Shown here in pieces: positions 1-9,154 of a stretch of 28,902 nt of DNA (position 1 is the first letter of the stretch; each line of letters starts with the position of its first letter). The DNA comes from a virus. Where the stretch lies: UHGV virus genome UHGV-1442816. The stretch is one strand, 5' to 3'. The position numbers were made by a program, and so were the translations under genes. Under the pieces are notes generated by a model that did no database searches, was not told the origin of the DNA, and saw only the letters and a program-made list of their open reading frames with translations.

Positions 1-602
1 TGTGTGCTTGTTTTAGCCAGAATATCCCGTCCAACATTAGTCAGTGTTGTCAGGCTGGCTGTATCATTCCCCGTAAAATACGGTAGTTTGTCTGCCGCAG
101 TGGCAAGGCCTGCCAGTGCTGTCAAAGTGGCATCCAGCGGCTGCTTAGCTGCCAGCGCTGTAGTTAAACCAAGGTATGTGAGAATGTCAGCAATAGTATT
201 TTTCCCAATAATGTCACGGCCAACAGAAGTTAAATCAGTCTGCGCTGCTGTATCATTTCCAGTGAAATATGGGAGTTTATTTGCACCTGTTGCGAGCCCA
301 GCTAATGCCGACAGCGTGGCATCAAGCGCCTGGAAATCTTTCCCGAAAGCGGTCCCCATTTTGGATATAAACCCGTTCAGGTCTCCATCATCAAGCACAT
401 CCAGCCCGCTTTTGTTGGCGGTGTACTGCGCCAACGCTGCCGCGATAAAGCTGGCTTGCCGAATAGCTTTGTTGACCTGTGCGCTGGATGCTTTACCTGC
501 CGTAAACCCTGAAAGCAGAGCCGGAAGTGCTTCCCAGTCAGCTTGTGAGGTGACGTTAGCGTTCGGATCAAGCGCGAAAGGTTTAAAGTTGTTTATTGCC
601 AT
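1..602 (-). CDS. Tail fibre protein, N-terminal 200 codons (5' partial; gene continues beyond window start)
   Basis: Not in ORF track because it has no stop in the window. Minus-strand ATG at 602..600 overlaps the TAA of the upstream gene (TAATG). Translation MAINNFKPFALDPNANVTSQADWEALPALL... contains two copies of a ~63-aa repeat (LDATLxALAGLATxAxKLPYFTGNDTA...VGRDI) typical of phage tail fibre repeats. Confidence 0.7.
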   Translation of the reverse strand, partial: MAINNFKPFALDPNANVTSQADWEALPALLSGFTAGKASSAQVNKAIRQASFIAAALAQYTANKSGLDVLDDGDLNGFISKMGTAFGKDFQALDATLSALAGLATGANKLPYFTGNDTAAQTDLTSVGRDIIGKNTIADILTYLGLTTALAAKQPLDATLTALAGLATAADKLPYFTGNDTASLTTLTNVGRDILAKTST

Positions 603-1282
603 TAGAGTATTGTCCCCCATGCTCCAACATCGAACCCGCCGATGTATTCGTTATCCATATCAAACCCAAAGAATTTAGAGCCTTCTGACGGTGTTTCTAC
701 CGAAGGCGTTTCAACATCACCGGCCCATACGCCAGCTGATTTAACGGTGAGATAGCCCTGTTTGATAGCGGCGATCAGTTCGAGAGACACATCAGAAATA
801 TCAGTTTCAGGGAAAACCCAGACCGAAATCGTCATGTCCTGGTTGTCGACGATCTGCATCCTCAGGCCTGAGCCTGCGGTAGCAGCGTCAAGGATGGGAG
901 GCAGAGAGTCGTTCCGACCGTCCCAGTTGTTGATAGCGATTTTCGCTTTCAGAATGATGCGGTACGTCTCATCGCTTAGCGTCGTATAGCCAGAATCAGG
1001 ATCATATGGCCCTTGCCAGATGCCCTGGTCATACCCAAGCCCGTCAGTGTCCCAGCTGAAATAAACTCCGCTAATTGGCTGGCTGACTATGCGACTGCGT
1101 CCGATCCACAGACCGAGGATGTCGAGCTGTACACCGACAGCAGTATCGATATCGAAGGCTGTTATAAGCCCTGACATAGTGCTGGACACATCAATCAGCG
1201 GGCGGGTGCTCAGATCTATATGGTCAAAAAAGAGTGGCTTGGTAGCGTGGTAGTTAGTGATCAGTTCGGTGTATTTGCTCAT
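602..1282 (-). CDS. Baseplate wedge/tail protein (Mu gp48 / P2 gpI-like, DUF2612-like)
   Basis: 226-aa ORF immediately downstream of the baseplate J-like gene and upstream of the tail fibre gene, the conserved position for this family in Mu-like tail modules. Confidence 0.55.
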   Translation of the reverse strand: MSKYTELITNYHATKPLFFDHIDLSTRPLIDVSSTMSGLITAFDIDTAVGVQLDILGLWIGRSRIVSQPISGVYFSWDTDGLGYDQGIWQGPYDPDSGYTTLSDETYRIILKAKIAINNWDGRNDSLPPILDAATAGSGLRMQIVDNQDMTISVWVFPETDISDVSLELIAAIKQGYLTVKSAGVWAGDVETPSVETPSEGSKFFGFDMDNEYIGGFDVGAWGTIL

Positions 1283-2478
1283 GAGGTCACCGTGATACTG
1301 ATATTCGCGGTGCTACAGGACGCTGAAGCATCATAGGCAATATCAATGTTTGATGCCGATACGCTGCCAGACGACTTACCGATCAGCAGGTCGGTAATAT
1401 CGTAATAGCGGGCATTCCCGCCGCTCACAACGCCGAGGTTTGCCGGGGAATAAATACGGCTCAGCAGAACGTCGTCGCCAATTGTTAGGCCATTTATATA
1501 ATCGGCAACAGCCTGTTTAATCTGCTCGCCGATTTGAGAGGTATAGCCGGTAAAAACTTTCAGGGTAATGGCTACGAAAATTGGCACATAGGTAGAGCGC
1601 GAAAAACTGATGACGTGAGGATTACCATAAGTATCCGGCACTGTGACAGAAGTTTTACCGTAAGTTGCGGTTCCCTGCCCTTTATTCCCCCTGATGGTCT
1701 GGGCTATCTCGGTAACATCCCCTCCATCGACGATGGCGGAAATAGAGTGTGGCGGCAGCCCGTTGCTGTCGGTTGCCCCAGTGTCGTTCTCATATAGTTT
1801 GTGACGTGTCACGCCAGCAACATTAGCGATAGCACCGTCGACACCTTCAAACGGTGTGATCGATGGTAGCGCGACGCTTTGCCCCTGCCGAATGCGCAGC
1901 TCTGCGTCGGTTTCGGCTGGTGAACCGACAGTAGCCGCAACTGGATTGGTTACCGACACCCAACCTCGGGTCGGGGTGTTGATAGTGGTAATAGTCCCGG
2001 CCAGCGCCGCAACCGAACCGCTATTCGCACATGTGGCCGTCACCAGCACAGTACCATCAACGCCGATCGCCACACTCGCTGGAAAATTCCAGATAATGCC
2101 GTTTTTATCCCGTGCGGAGCCATTCGTGATAGTCGTGCCTGCCGTACCGGTTAACAGAAGGTCAGCAGTAGAGTTTGTCGCTACTTTTCGCGTGATCCCG
2201 TTAATTTTCACATTGTTGCTAAGCGCTGCGGCCTGCGCTGTCGTCGGTGAAAAAGAGTTGTAGATCTCGATAGCGGTATTGTTAGCGTCATGCACCGCAA
2301 GAGCCACCAGCGCGACCATTTGCCCATCTTTGCTGTCTGGTTCGAGGTAGGCATCACTACCGTAAATCTGCCTGAAATAGCTGGTCAGTGTATCAAGGAT
2401 TGTCTGGTAATCAGGCGCACTAATCCCCTGGGCGGTTACCGTTGCCGATAGCCCCAGCGTGTCGAGGTTCAAAGCCAT
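1279..2478 (-). CDS. Baseplate J-like protein (Mu gp47 / P2 gpJ family)
   Basis: 399-aa ORF; size and position between the gp25/W-like and wedge genes; start overlaps preceding stop. Confidence 0.75.
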   Translation of the reverse strand: MALNLDTLGLSATVTAQGISAPDYQTILDTLTSYFRQIYGSDAYLEPDSKDGQMVALVALAVHDANNTAIEIYNSFSPTTAQAAALSNNVKINGITRKVATNSTADLLLTGTAGTTITNGSARDKNGIIWNFPASVAIGVDGTVLVTATCANSGSVAALAGTITTINTPTRGWVSVTNPVAATVGSPAETDAELRIRQGQSVALPSITPFEGVDGAIANVAGVTRHKLYENDTGATDSNGLPPHSISAIVDGGDVTEIAQTIRGNKGQGTATYGKTSVTVPDTYGNPHVISFSRSTYVPIFVAITLKVFTGYTSQIGEQIKQAVADYINGLTIGDDVLLSRIYSPANLGVVSGGNARYYDITDLLIGKSSGSVSASNIDIAYDASASCSTANISITVTS

Positions 2479-2832
2479 TTATGCCTCGCTTGTTACAGTC
2501 GTCTGGCCGTAGATTGTGTCAATGGAGGAAGTGAAGGTGACGCGACGGCTGGTGCCGTCATAATTGGTATCGAAGGAAAGAATCGACAGAACGCCCGGTG
2601 TATCCTGTATGCGTTCGCGTATAGCCAGGATGTAGACATCTGATCGCTGCTTCCCAAGCACTGACTGAACATACGGCGTGCCTTCCGTCAGATCGAGAAA
2701 CCACTGACCGCGCCACAGCTCGAAACGGGTTTTTACGGCCTGGGCGACACATTCCGGACTGTCGATAAGGAAAGTATCGTCACCCTGGCCGAAAGTGTAA
2801 TCGCCTTCAGTATCTTCGCGACGGTATCGCAT
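2479..2832 (-). CDS. Baseplate protein, gpW/gp25-like (Mu gp46-like)
   Basis: 117-aa ORF abutting the spike gene upstream and the J-like gene downstream; typical size and position. Confidence 0.55.
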   Translation of the reverse strand: MRYRREDTEGDYTFGQGDDTFLIDSPECVAQAVKTRFELWRGQWFLDLTEGTPYVQSVLGKQRSDVYILAIRERIQDTPGVLSILSFDTNYDGTSRRVTFTSSIDTIYGQTTVTSEA

Positions 2833-3572
2833 TATTGCGGCCCTCCGGTAGTTCCCCCGCCAGTCTGTACTCCGCCATGTTTATGCGTGGCGACACTGAT
2901 ACCAGAAGCTGTTACGTCATTCGTTACCGTCACCGGCCCAAGCATCGTCGCAGTACCGCCGCTTTCGCCCATTCCCTGAGACAAGTTGCCATTAATCGTT
3001 ACGTTGCCGTTCAGCGTGATAGTCGGGGATGTGATTGTCGTTCCACCTTCAGCCGTAGCCGTGAGCTGGCCCGGTGTTTGAACGGTGATGTTATGTCCTG
3101 CGGCAACCTCTACGAACGCCGCACCATCATCGGTTCGCAGCTGCGCGGCGCTGGTACTGATACCGCTGATTTTCTGTGCTTGCGACTGCGGGCCAACGAT
3201 GGCGAACGCATCAGATAAGTCATGCTGTCGCGGATCGACGGTCTCCTGAACGCCGCCGCTCTGCCACCAGAAATCGATGCAACGGTCGGCAAAGATAAGC
3301 AGGCATTCGTCGCCTTCTTTTACCGGAAAAGTCAGCGTACAACCGCCGCCACGCGGGAAGATAACCGGCACATCCACCAGCGGTTTTAATTCGGTGGAGC
3401 CATCGCCAACGATACCGCGAAGCGCTACCTCTACCGTGCAGGTAACAGTATCAGGATCGAACGACTGAATGATGCCGGGCATCGCTACGCGCATCTGGGT
3501 AGACACCGAATCGGCAATGGCCTGCGCGGTCTGCTGCTCACCGCCGATCTGTGATTGAGTTGGAATTGGCAT
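2832..3572 (-). CDS. Baseplate spike / assembly protein V (Mu gp45 / P2 gpV-like)
   Basis: 246-aa ORF with glycine-rich C-terminus (GGVQTGGGTTGGPQ) and position between hub and gp25-like genes. Confidence 0.65.
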   Translation of the reverse strand: MPIPTQSQIGGEQQTAQAIADSVSTQMRVAMPGIIQSFDPDTVTCTVEVALRGIVGDGSTELKPLVDVPVIFPRGGGCTLTFPVKEGDECLLIFADRCIDFWWQSGGVQETVDPRQHDLSDAFAIVGPQSQAQKISGISTSAAQLRTDDGAAFVEVAAGHNITVQTPGQLTATAEGGTTITSPTITLNGNVTINGNLSQGMGESGGTATMLGPVTVTNDVTASGISVATHKHGGVQTGGGTTGGPQ

Positions 3573-3580
3573 AAAAACCC

Positions 3581-3608
3581 CATAAAAAAACCCGCTCGGT
3601 GGCGGGTT
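3581..3608 (-). terminator. Intrinsic terminator downstream of the moron genes
   Basis: Minus strand reads AACCCGC-CACCGA-GCGGGTT followed by TTTTTTT: 7-bp GC-rich stem, 6-nt loop, U-tract. Lies between the stop of the 106-aa moron ORF (3630) and the start of gene V (3572). Confidence 0.65.
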
Positions 3609-3629
3609 AAATTCATACTTGAAATGAAA

Positions 3630-3950
3630 CTATAGGTTCTTACTAAGCACAAGCTTACAATCTTCAGCGCTTAGACCAGTCATTTGAGCTGATTCAGGAT
3701 AGCTACAATACATTTTCACTCGACGAAACCCGAGCACTGCGAATTGATCACCTTTACTACTCATCAACTCTTTTTCGCTGCCACCCTCTCTGCGTGCAAA
3801 TCCAGCAGCCTCCATGCCAGAAGCTTTAGAAATCGCGGTGTGTATAGCAAGGTTATTATCCAAATCTGGATGTTTTACAAAAAAATCACTTAACGTTCCA
3901 GCGCAAACGGAGGTGGATAGCAGAAAAAGAAGAGATACAAATCCTTTCAT
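3630..3950 (-). CDS. Small secreted protein (moron), unknown function
   Basis: 106-aa ORF with hydrophobic N-terminal signal peptide (MKGFVSLLFLLSTSVCAG), two later Cys, AT-rich relative to flanking tail genes, followed by its own terminator. Confidence 0.55.
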   Translation of the reverse strand: MKGFVSLLFLLSTSVCAGTLSDFFVKHPDLDNNLAIHTAISKASGMEAAGFARREGGSEKELMSSKGDQFAVLGFRRVKMYCSYPESAQMTGLSAEDCKLVLSKNL

Positions 3951-3955
3951 TAATT

Positions 3956-4294
3956 TTATCCTTTTATTTTTACACAGTCATAAGTTGCATACTGACGTGG
4001 TGCATCCATATTTGCTTGCAGCCACTGAGCATTCAGGATTGCTTTACCATTACGGCCAATAAACTCCATTCCTACCCATCGCCCTGGTTGATTGGTCGCT
4101 AAGCGCCATTCAATTTTGACGTTGTTATAATCACCGTCATTTTTAAGAAATGTCACTTTTTGCGATTCAGGTTTAGCTCCGTTTACGCGAGCGAAACCAT
4201 CATCAGCCCAATGGATGTTGAAATCACCACACTGAGAATCAGCAATAGCCTGGAAAGAAAATAATGCTGCAATGGTAAAAATTACGAGTTTCAC
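3956..4294 (-). CDS. Small secreted/periplasmic protein (moron), unknown function
   Basis: ORF track gives 3956..4336; I place the start at the in-frame GTG at 4294..4292, giving (M)KLVIFTIAALFSFQAIA/DSQ..., a canonical signal peptide, with a GAGG-containing stretch upstream and no overlap with the hub gene stop at 4305. AT-rich. Confidence 0.55.
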   Translation of the reverse strand: MKLVIFTIAALFSFQAIADSQCGDFNIHWADDGFARVNGAKPESQKVTFLKNDGDYNNVKIEWRLATNQPGRWVGMEFIGRNGKAILNAQWLQANMDAPRQYATYDCVKIKG

Positions 4295-4304
4295 GTCCCG
4301 TACC

Positions 4305-5369
4305 TCAGTAGTTTGTTTTTTGCATAGCACCAGCATTAACTAAATCACGACTGCCACGCGCAAAACACATCAAATCCATGTACCACGCTTGACCTCTGGT
4401 GTCGCCAGTATAGTCGATAGCTTTGACGATATAAACGCCATCTGTCGCAATGCTGGCAGCCTGTGACGTCGTGCCGGTCAGCACACGGTTGCCGTTCTCT
4501 TCTGTTTCGGTGATACGCCCGGGCGACTGTGCGATTTCGCTATTGCCGAGCGCGGCGCGGTACACCGAAGCCTGATCGAGCTGGATAAGACCATTAATGC
4601 GGATGTTGGGGTTTATCAGGCACCGCACGTTTACGCCGCCGCCCATAGTCTGTTGCGGCATACCGATCAGGCCAGTATCAGCATTCAACACAATGGCTTC
4701 GTGAATATATTTATCCTCCGGCACCATCTGGACCTGACCATCCACCAGTTGCCATGTCGCTTTGCACTGCGCAGCAATATTATCCATCACGTTGCGGCTG
4801 GATGAGTAAATCGCGCGGCCACGAGGAAACACGGTATCAGGAAAATCGCCGGTAATGCCCTGTGTCACGCCGAACGCGTTGAAATCCTGCATCGTCGCCC
4901 GGTGCAGATCCGCAACGGTATAGCCAGCGGCAAGCGTGGTGATGGTGGTCGCATAGAGGAACGCTTCGTGATCACCAATGGCCTGAATCAACACCCAGGA
5001 ATCCGTAATGTTGTCCTTCCCGGTGACGGTGAAGCGAATATCACCGTCAAAAATCAGGCCGTAGTTCTGACCGTTCACCTGCCCTATCTGGTCTGGTGAA
5101 ATCTCCCGGGACACACCAACCTGGCTCGCATCAACATCCGGCACTATACCGTCATACCCGGCAATGATGCGAATTTTGGCAAACTCCTGCCCAAGTATCT
5201 TGTTCGTGGTATCGGTCGAAAGGTTGTAAATTTTCACGTTCGCCACGCGTGGCCAGCGTGTGTCTGCCCACTCGATCTGGAACGTGACCTTAAAGTCAGA
5301 CAGGGAAACGCCCTGCCCGTTCTGGTCCAACAGTTGCAGCTCAAAATGGCGCATCCAGTTAAGAGACAT
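4305..5369 (-). CDS. Baseplate hub protein (Mu gp44 / P2 gpD-like)
   Basis: 354-aa ORF in the conserved position after the tape measure and two small tail genes, before the spike gene. Confidence 0.55.
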   Translation of the reverse strand: MSLNWMRHFELQLLDQNGQGVSLSDFKVTFQIEWADTRWPRVANVKIYNLSTDTTNKILGQEFAKIRIIAGYDGIVPDVDASQVGVSREISPDQIGQVNGQNYGLIFDGDIRFTVTGKDNITDSWVLIQAIGDHEAFLYATTITTLAAGYTVADLHRATMQDFNAFGVTQGITGDFPDTVFPRGRAIYSSSRNVMDNIAAQCKATWQLVDGQVQMVPEDKYIHEAIVLNADTGLIGMPQQTMGGGVNVRCLINPNIRINGLIQLDQASVYRAALGNSEIAQSPGRITETEENGNRVLTGTTSQAASIATDGVYIVKAIDYTGDTRGQAWYMDLMCFARGSRDLVNAGAMQKTNY

Positions 5370-5371
5370 TT

Positions 5372-5677
5372 CTACTCCTGTACGAAAATGAGGTGGCTGT
5401 ATGTGCCGAGGTTGGTTTTGGTGGGCTCGTCTGGTGCGCCCTTATCGGTCGCCACCACCAGCGCGCCATCAATGCCAAGCTGTGGATATTGTCGTAATAG
5501 GTTCACGCCGGTCAGGAGAGGTACGCCAGAAAGAAGCGCAGCACCGCCGCTATCCATCACGTCCATAATCCAGCCAGCCGCATCACGCCAGATGATCCTG
5601 AGTGTATACGTGGTATTGCCCAGCAAAACGCGGAACTGCTGATTGTCAGGAGAAAGCGGTATTTCGTTAAACTGCAT
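5372..5677 (-). CDS. Tail/baseplate assembly protein, unknown function
   Basis: 101-aa ORF tightly packed between the 200-aa tail protein and the hub gene. Confidence 0.45.
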   Translation of the reverse strand: MQFNEIPLSPDNQQFRVLLGNTTYTLRIIWRDAAGWIMDVMDSGGAALLSGVPLLTGVNLLRQYPQLGIDGALVVATDKGAPDEPTKTNLGTYSHLIFVQE

Positions 5678-5678
5678 A

Positions 5679-6281
5679 TCATCCCCCGAATGCTGATGTA
5701 ACGCTTCCGCCCAGCTGGCTCAGCAAAGATTCGTTTGGCGGTGTAGTGGATTTCGTCCCGGAATTTTGCACCGCCGATGTGCTGACGCCATCCTGCATAT
5801 CTGATTTATCAGCAACGCTAACGCTCTGCGTTTGCGACATGATCACTTCACGCAGGGTAAGCGTGCAGTTCAGCACGTTCTCGCTGGTTTTGTCCGTTGT
5901 CACCTCGATGGCTCTCACCAGCATATTGCTGTACACCCGCTTCCCGGTCACCACATCGAACGGCACCCGGGAGGACTGGAGATCCAGCAGTTGCTGATAG
6001 GTCTCTTTCGGGCTCAGTCCGGCGCTGAGGCCGATTGAAGATGTATCAATGAAGTCCAGCAACGAACCGCCCCCAGCGAAGCCGCATTCCATTGTGACTT
6101 CGCTGGGGCGCTTATACGCATGATCGGCGATGAAACCCGAGGCGCTATTCGTTGTTGGCTTCTCCACCGGGTGCTCAGTAATTTCGAGCGCATCAGAATG
6201 CTTTTCGGAAACGACCACGCTGGGGATCAGCAGGCCAATTCGCCGTGATTGCTGGCGAAAAATCGCTGATAAAATATCCAT
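5679..6281 (-). CDS. Tail protein following tape measure (possibly DNA-circularisation N-domain-like)
   Basis: 200-aa ORF whose start overlaps the tape measure stop; position equivalent to Mu gp43 / P2 gpU. Confidence 0.4.
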   Translation of the reverse strand: MDILSAIFRQQSRRIGLLIPSVVVSEKHSDALEITEHPVEKPTTNSASGFIADHAYKRPSEVTMECGFAGGGSLLDFIDTSSIGLSAGLSPKETYQQLLDLQSSRVPFDVVTGKRVYSNMLVRAIEVTTDKTSENVLNCTLTLREVIMSQTQSVSVADKSDMQDGVSTSAVQNSGTKSTTPPNESLLSQLGGSVTSAFGG

Positions 6282-8548
6282 TATCTCGGTCCTGCGGGGA
6301 GTTGCTGGGTTAACTGTGAATTCACACCCTTTTGACGGTCAACAGTCAAACGGGCAGCTTCGCGAGGATCGGAAACGCCGTGGATGTTAATGTTCGTTTC
6401 CTGCTGAATCACCGGGGCGCTGGTGGGCATATTGCTCATTACTTTCGGAATGTAATTGCGCGTTTCCTGCGGCATTAGCCCCATTCCATAACGTTGAACG
6501 TTCCCGATTCCCCAGTTATATGATGCAAGTGCTTTGCTAAGGTCTCCGCCGTTCTGCCGCAATAGCTGGCTAAGGTACTTAGCGGCTGCCTGAGCTGACT
6601 TTTCCGGGTCGAACACATCGTTACCACGCAGGCCCATGTCTCGCGCCGTGCCATCCATGAACTGGAACAGCCCCTTTGCACCCGCGCCGGACATGGCGAA
6701 CTGGTTACCACCTGACTCGGTTATCGCCACACTTTTCAATAGACCAGCTGGAAGTTGATAAAGCGACTCAAGTTTATTGAACATTGGCCCCATCCAGTCG
6801 AGCAATACTTTGCCCTGGGCTGTGGCCTGTGGACGTTTGACTGATTGCGCAAACTGGGAGGGGTCACCCGATATATTTGGAGAGATTTCAGCAGCTCCAG
6901 CCGGGGAGAAAAATAAATTACCGATTTTGGCAATCCCGTCTGAGATTTTTTCAAGATAACCATTAGCAGCCTGCTGACGGTTTTTTATTTCATCTCTTTC
7001 ATGCGGGGCAATTTCATTACTACGAACATGCTGTTCCGCCCCGGGAATGTCAGGCTGAACATTATCGCCATAAACGACGCCATTGCTTTGCGCCTGACGA
7101 ATAATCTTACCTGGGCCACCATGCAGCCAATCCATCCATGCGGGCCATTCTCTTACCTCGCTAACATCTTTTCGCCCAAGGTCGGTTTTGATGCCAACCG
7201 TAGCAAGAGCATCACCAATGTTCCTTTTGGTATAGTCCAAAGATGATTTAGCACTGGCTTTTATGTTTTCACGATCTGAAACCAGGTAACCAGCATACGC
7301 TCCCCATAATTTAAGCCATGGAGGTATCGGAAGACCGGATATTTTTGCGAATGCTCCCAATACTTTTGTTACCCATACCCCAGCGATGAAAGTAGCCAAA
7401 ATTTCCAGCGAGTTCTGCCATCCACCAACAGAATCTTTCAGCCCCAGAAGCTTATCGCGCAGCCAGAGAATTGCCTTTTTCGCCTTTTCTATTGCAGGCT
7501 CCCACTTGGACCAGTCAATCAGGCTTTTACCGCCTTCTTTCCACGTCTGATAATCGTCATAGAGTAATCCGATCGCCAGAATCAGCGTGGTGATAATTCC
7601 AATCGGGGATTTCAGGAACGCAGAATTAAGCAGACGCCATGCGACAAGTAGAGCACCGAATATTTTCAGCAGATTTTTACTGCCATCGTCAAGACGCTTC
7701 CACCAGTCAATGACAGAGCCAGCGCCCTGTATGAGCCGCCACGCCATTCGCGTGAAGGCGTTCGCAAGCCAGATCACGCCTTTAATAACTCTGGTCAGCG
7801 TCTCTTCAATCTTCGGGAAGTTGTCGAGGATGCGCCGCCGCAGGCTGTCCAGCGAACCAGCAAGACCACCAGCGAGGTTTGAGCCGATCTTGTCCCGCAT
7901 AATGCCGAACAGCGACGTAAGCCCGCGCATGGACGTCATGAATTTATTGGACTGCACAGCCGCCTTATCAGCGTTGAACCCAGTCTTTTGCAGCATAGAC
8001 TGGTAATCGGCGGTAAAGCCATTCATGCCGCGCCGCATCGCCATCAGCGTGTTTTCATCGATGCCAAGCATCTGCGCGTATTGCTTCGCGCGGTAATACG
8101 GCATGTTGTTGAGCTTTTGCCCAACGCCAGTAAAGATGGCCGCAGTATCACGCATCTTTCCGCTGGCATCGCGAGTCTGGACGCCCAGGCGGTTCAGGAA
8201 GCCTTCCGCGCCCGGATTGCTACGCATGAAACCGGCCAGCCCTTCGAGGGAGGACATAGCCGACTCGGCGCTGGCACCGGTTTGCGATGCGGCGTATCCC
8301 AGCGCTTTGATGCCCTGGACACTGGCCCCCGTCCGCTGGGATGCCCAGTAAATTTTATCCAGACCGTTCGCGATCTGAGTGGTAAATCCGACAATGCTCA
8401 GCGCTGCGCCTTCCACCACCGCGCCGACCTTCAGAACGTTAGCTGTAACGCCTTTCAGCACGGCTTCAAACTTATTAGCGCCAGCCTGATCGATATCGAA
8501 TCCCAGCGAAACAAGGAAATCTTTAATCGTATCTGCGTTACCGCTCAT
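6281..8548 (-). CDS. Tail tape measure protein with C-terminal lytic transglycosylase (SLT-like) domain
   Basis: 755-aa ORF, alpha-helical Ala/Gly/Leu-rich body with hydrophobic segments, directly after the chaperone frameshift region; C-terminal motif ESGGNQFAMSGAGAKGLFQF resembles the SLT catalytic region. Confidence 0.8.
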   Translation of the reverse strand: MSGNADTIKDFLVSLGFDIDQAGANKFEAVLKGVTANVLKVGAVVEGAALSIVGFTTQIANGLDKIYWASQRTGASVQGIKALGYAASQTGASAESAMSSLEGLAGFMRSNPGAEGFLNRLGVQTRDASGKMRDTAAIFTGVGQKLNNMPYYRAKQYAQMLGIDENTLMAMRRGMNGFTADYQSMLQKTGFNADKAAVQSNKFMTSMRGLTSLFGIMRDKIGSNLAGGLAGSLDSLRRRILDNFPKIEETLTRVIKGVIWLANAFTRMAWRLIQGAGSVIDWWKRLDDGSKNLLKIFGALLVAWRLLNSAFLKSPIGIITTLILAIGLLYDDYQTWKEGGKSLIDWSKWEPAIEKAKKAILWLRDKLLGLKDSVGGWQNSLEILATFIAGVWVTKVLGAFAKISGLPIPPWLKLWGAYAGYLVSDRENIKASAKSSLDYTKRNIGDALATVGIKTDLGRKDVSEVREWPAWMDWLHGGPGKIIRQAQSNGVVYGDNVQPDIPGAEQHVRSNEIAPHERDEIKNRQQAANGYLEKISDGIAKIGNLFFSPAGAAEISPNISGDPSQFAQSVKRPQATAQGKVLLDWMGPMFNKLESLYQLPAGLLKSVAITESGGNQFAMSGAGAKGLFQFMDGTARDMGLRGNDVFDPEKSAQAAAKYLSQLLRQNGGDLSKALASYNWGIGNVQRYGMGLMPQETRNYIPKVMSNMPTSAPVIQQETNINIHGVSDPREAARLTVDRQKGVNSQLTQQLPAGPR

Positions 8549-9151
8549 TGGCCGCTCTCCATTTATCTACCCGGGCGTCGTTATCCTCGCGCATGTCGAG
8601 GTAGTCATTGAGAAGCGCGATGCGGCAAAGGTCTACCGCACCGCTGTTAAGGTCTTTCTGGTCAATATGGAAGGCAAGCGCCGGGCGAAGAATAAAATCT
8701 TCACCGCCCGGCAGGCTGTTGAAGGTTATTCCGCTAGCGGGGTGGGCGTCTCGCTGGTAGGGAGTCCTTGCAAAAAATTTCCCAGCGAGTCGGCGACCAC
8801 CCGCGCCACCAGTTGCAGCATGGTAAGCAGGTCGATATCGTCAAACGCCATTTCGCCATGCTGGCAGACCGGCACCCAGCCTTTCATGTGCTCGCGTGAA
8901 ACAACGGAAAGACAGGGGAACAGGATAGCGTCCACGTCGCCATCACTCAGATCGGACACAGCATTGGCAATCTTTGGCAGGATGGTAGCCATCGCGCCTT
9001 CGGTGTCTTTGCTGCTGATCTTCTCCTGAACGCTCCGGAAGTCAGAAACCATCCCGGCCAGAACCGGCAACAGCTTGCGGGACACCTTCAGCTGTTCGAA
9101 AACGCTGAGCTTTGCGGTGCGATATTTCACGCCTTTAATTTCGAATTCCAT
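8538..9151 (-). CDS. Tail assembly chaperone, predicted -1 frameshift fusion product (G-T / E-E' type)
   Basis: The -1 frame is open from the slippery heptamer TTTTTTG (minus strand, 8777..8771) to a TAA at 8540..8538, adding about 77 residues that overlap the tape measure start. Confidence 0.5.
8726..9151 (-). CDS. Tail assembly chaperone (zero-frame product)
   Basis: 141-aa ORF between the tail tube gene and the tape measure gene, the conserved chaperone position. Confidence 0.6.
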   Translation of the reverse strand: MEFEIKGVKYRTAKLSVFEQLKVSRKLLPVLAGMVSDFRSVQEKISSKDTEGAMATILPKIANAVSDLSDGDVDAILFPCLSVVSREHMKGWVPVCQHGEMAFDDIDLLTMLQLVARVVADSLGNFLQGLPTSETPTPLAE

Positions 9152-9154
9152 GCG

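Noticed and set aside
4-678. 224-aa plus-strand ORF at the window start
   Set aside because: It is the antisense shadow of the minus-strand tail fibre gene, whose translation has clear tail-fibre repeats. The plus-strand product is Ala/Ser/Pro-rich with no start context.
7587-8611. Plus-strand ORFs of 139 and 207 aa inside the tape measure gene
   Set aside because: Antisense to a long, well-supported tape measure ORF in GC-rich DNA; Arg/Ala/Pro-rich composition typical of shadow frames.
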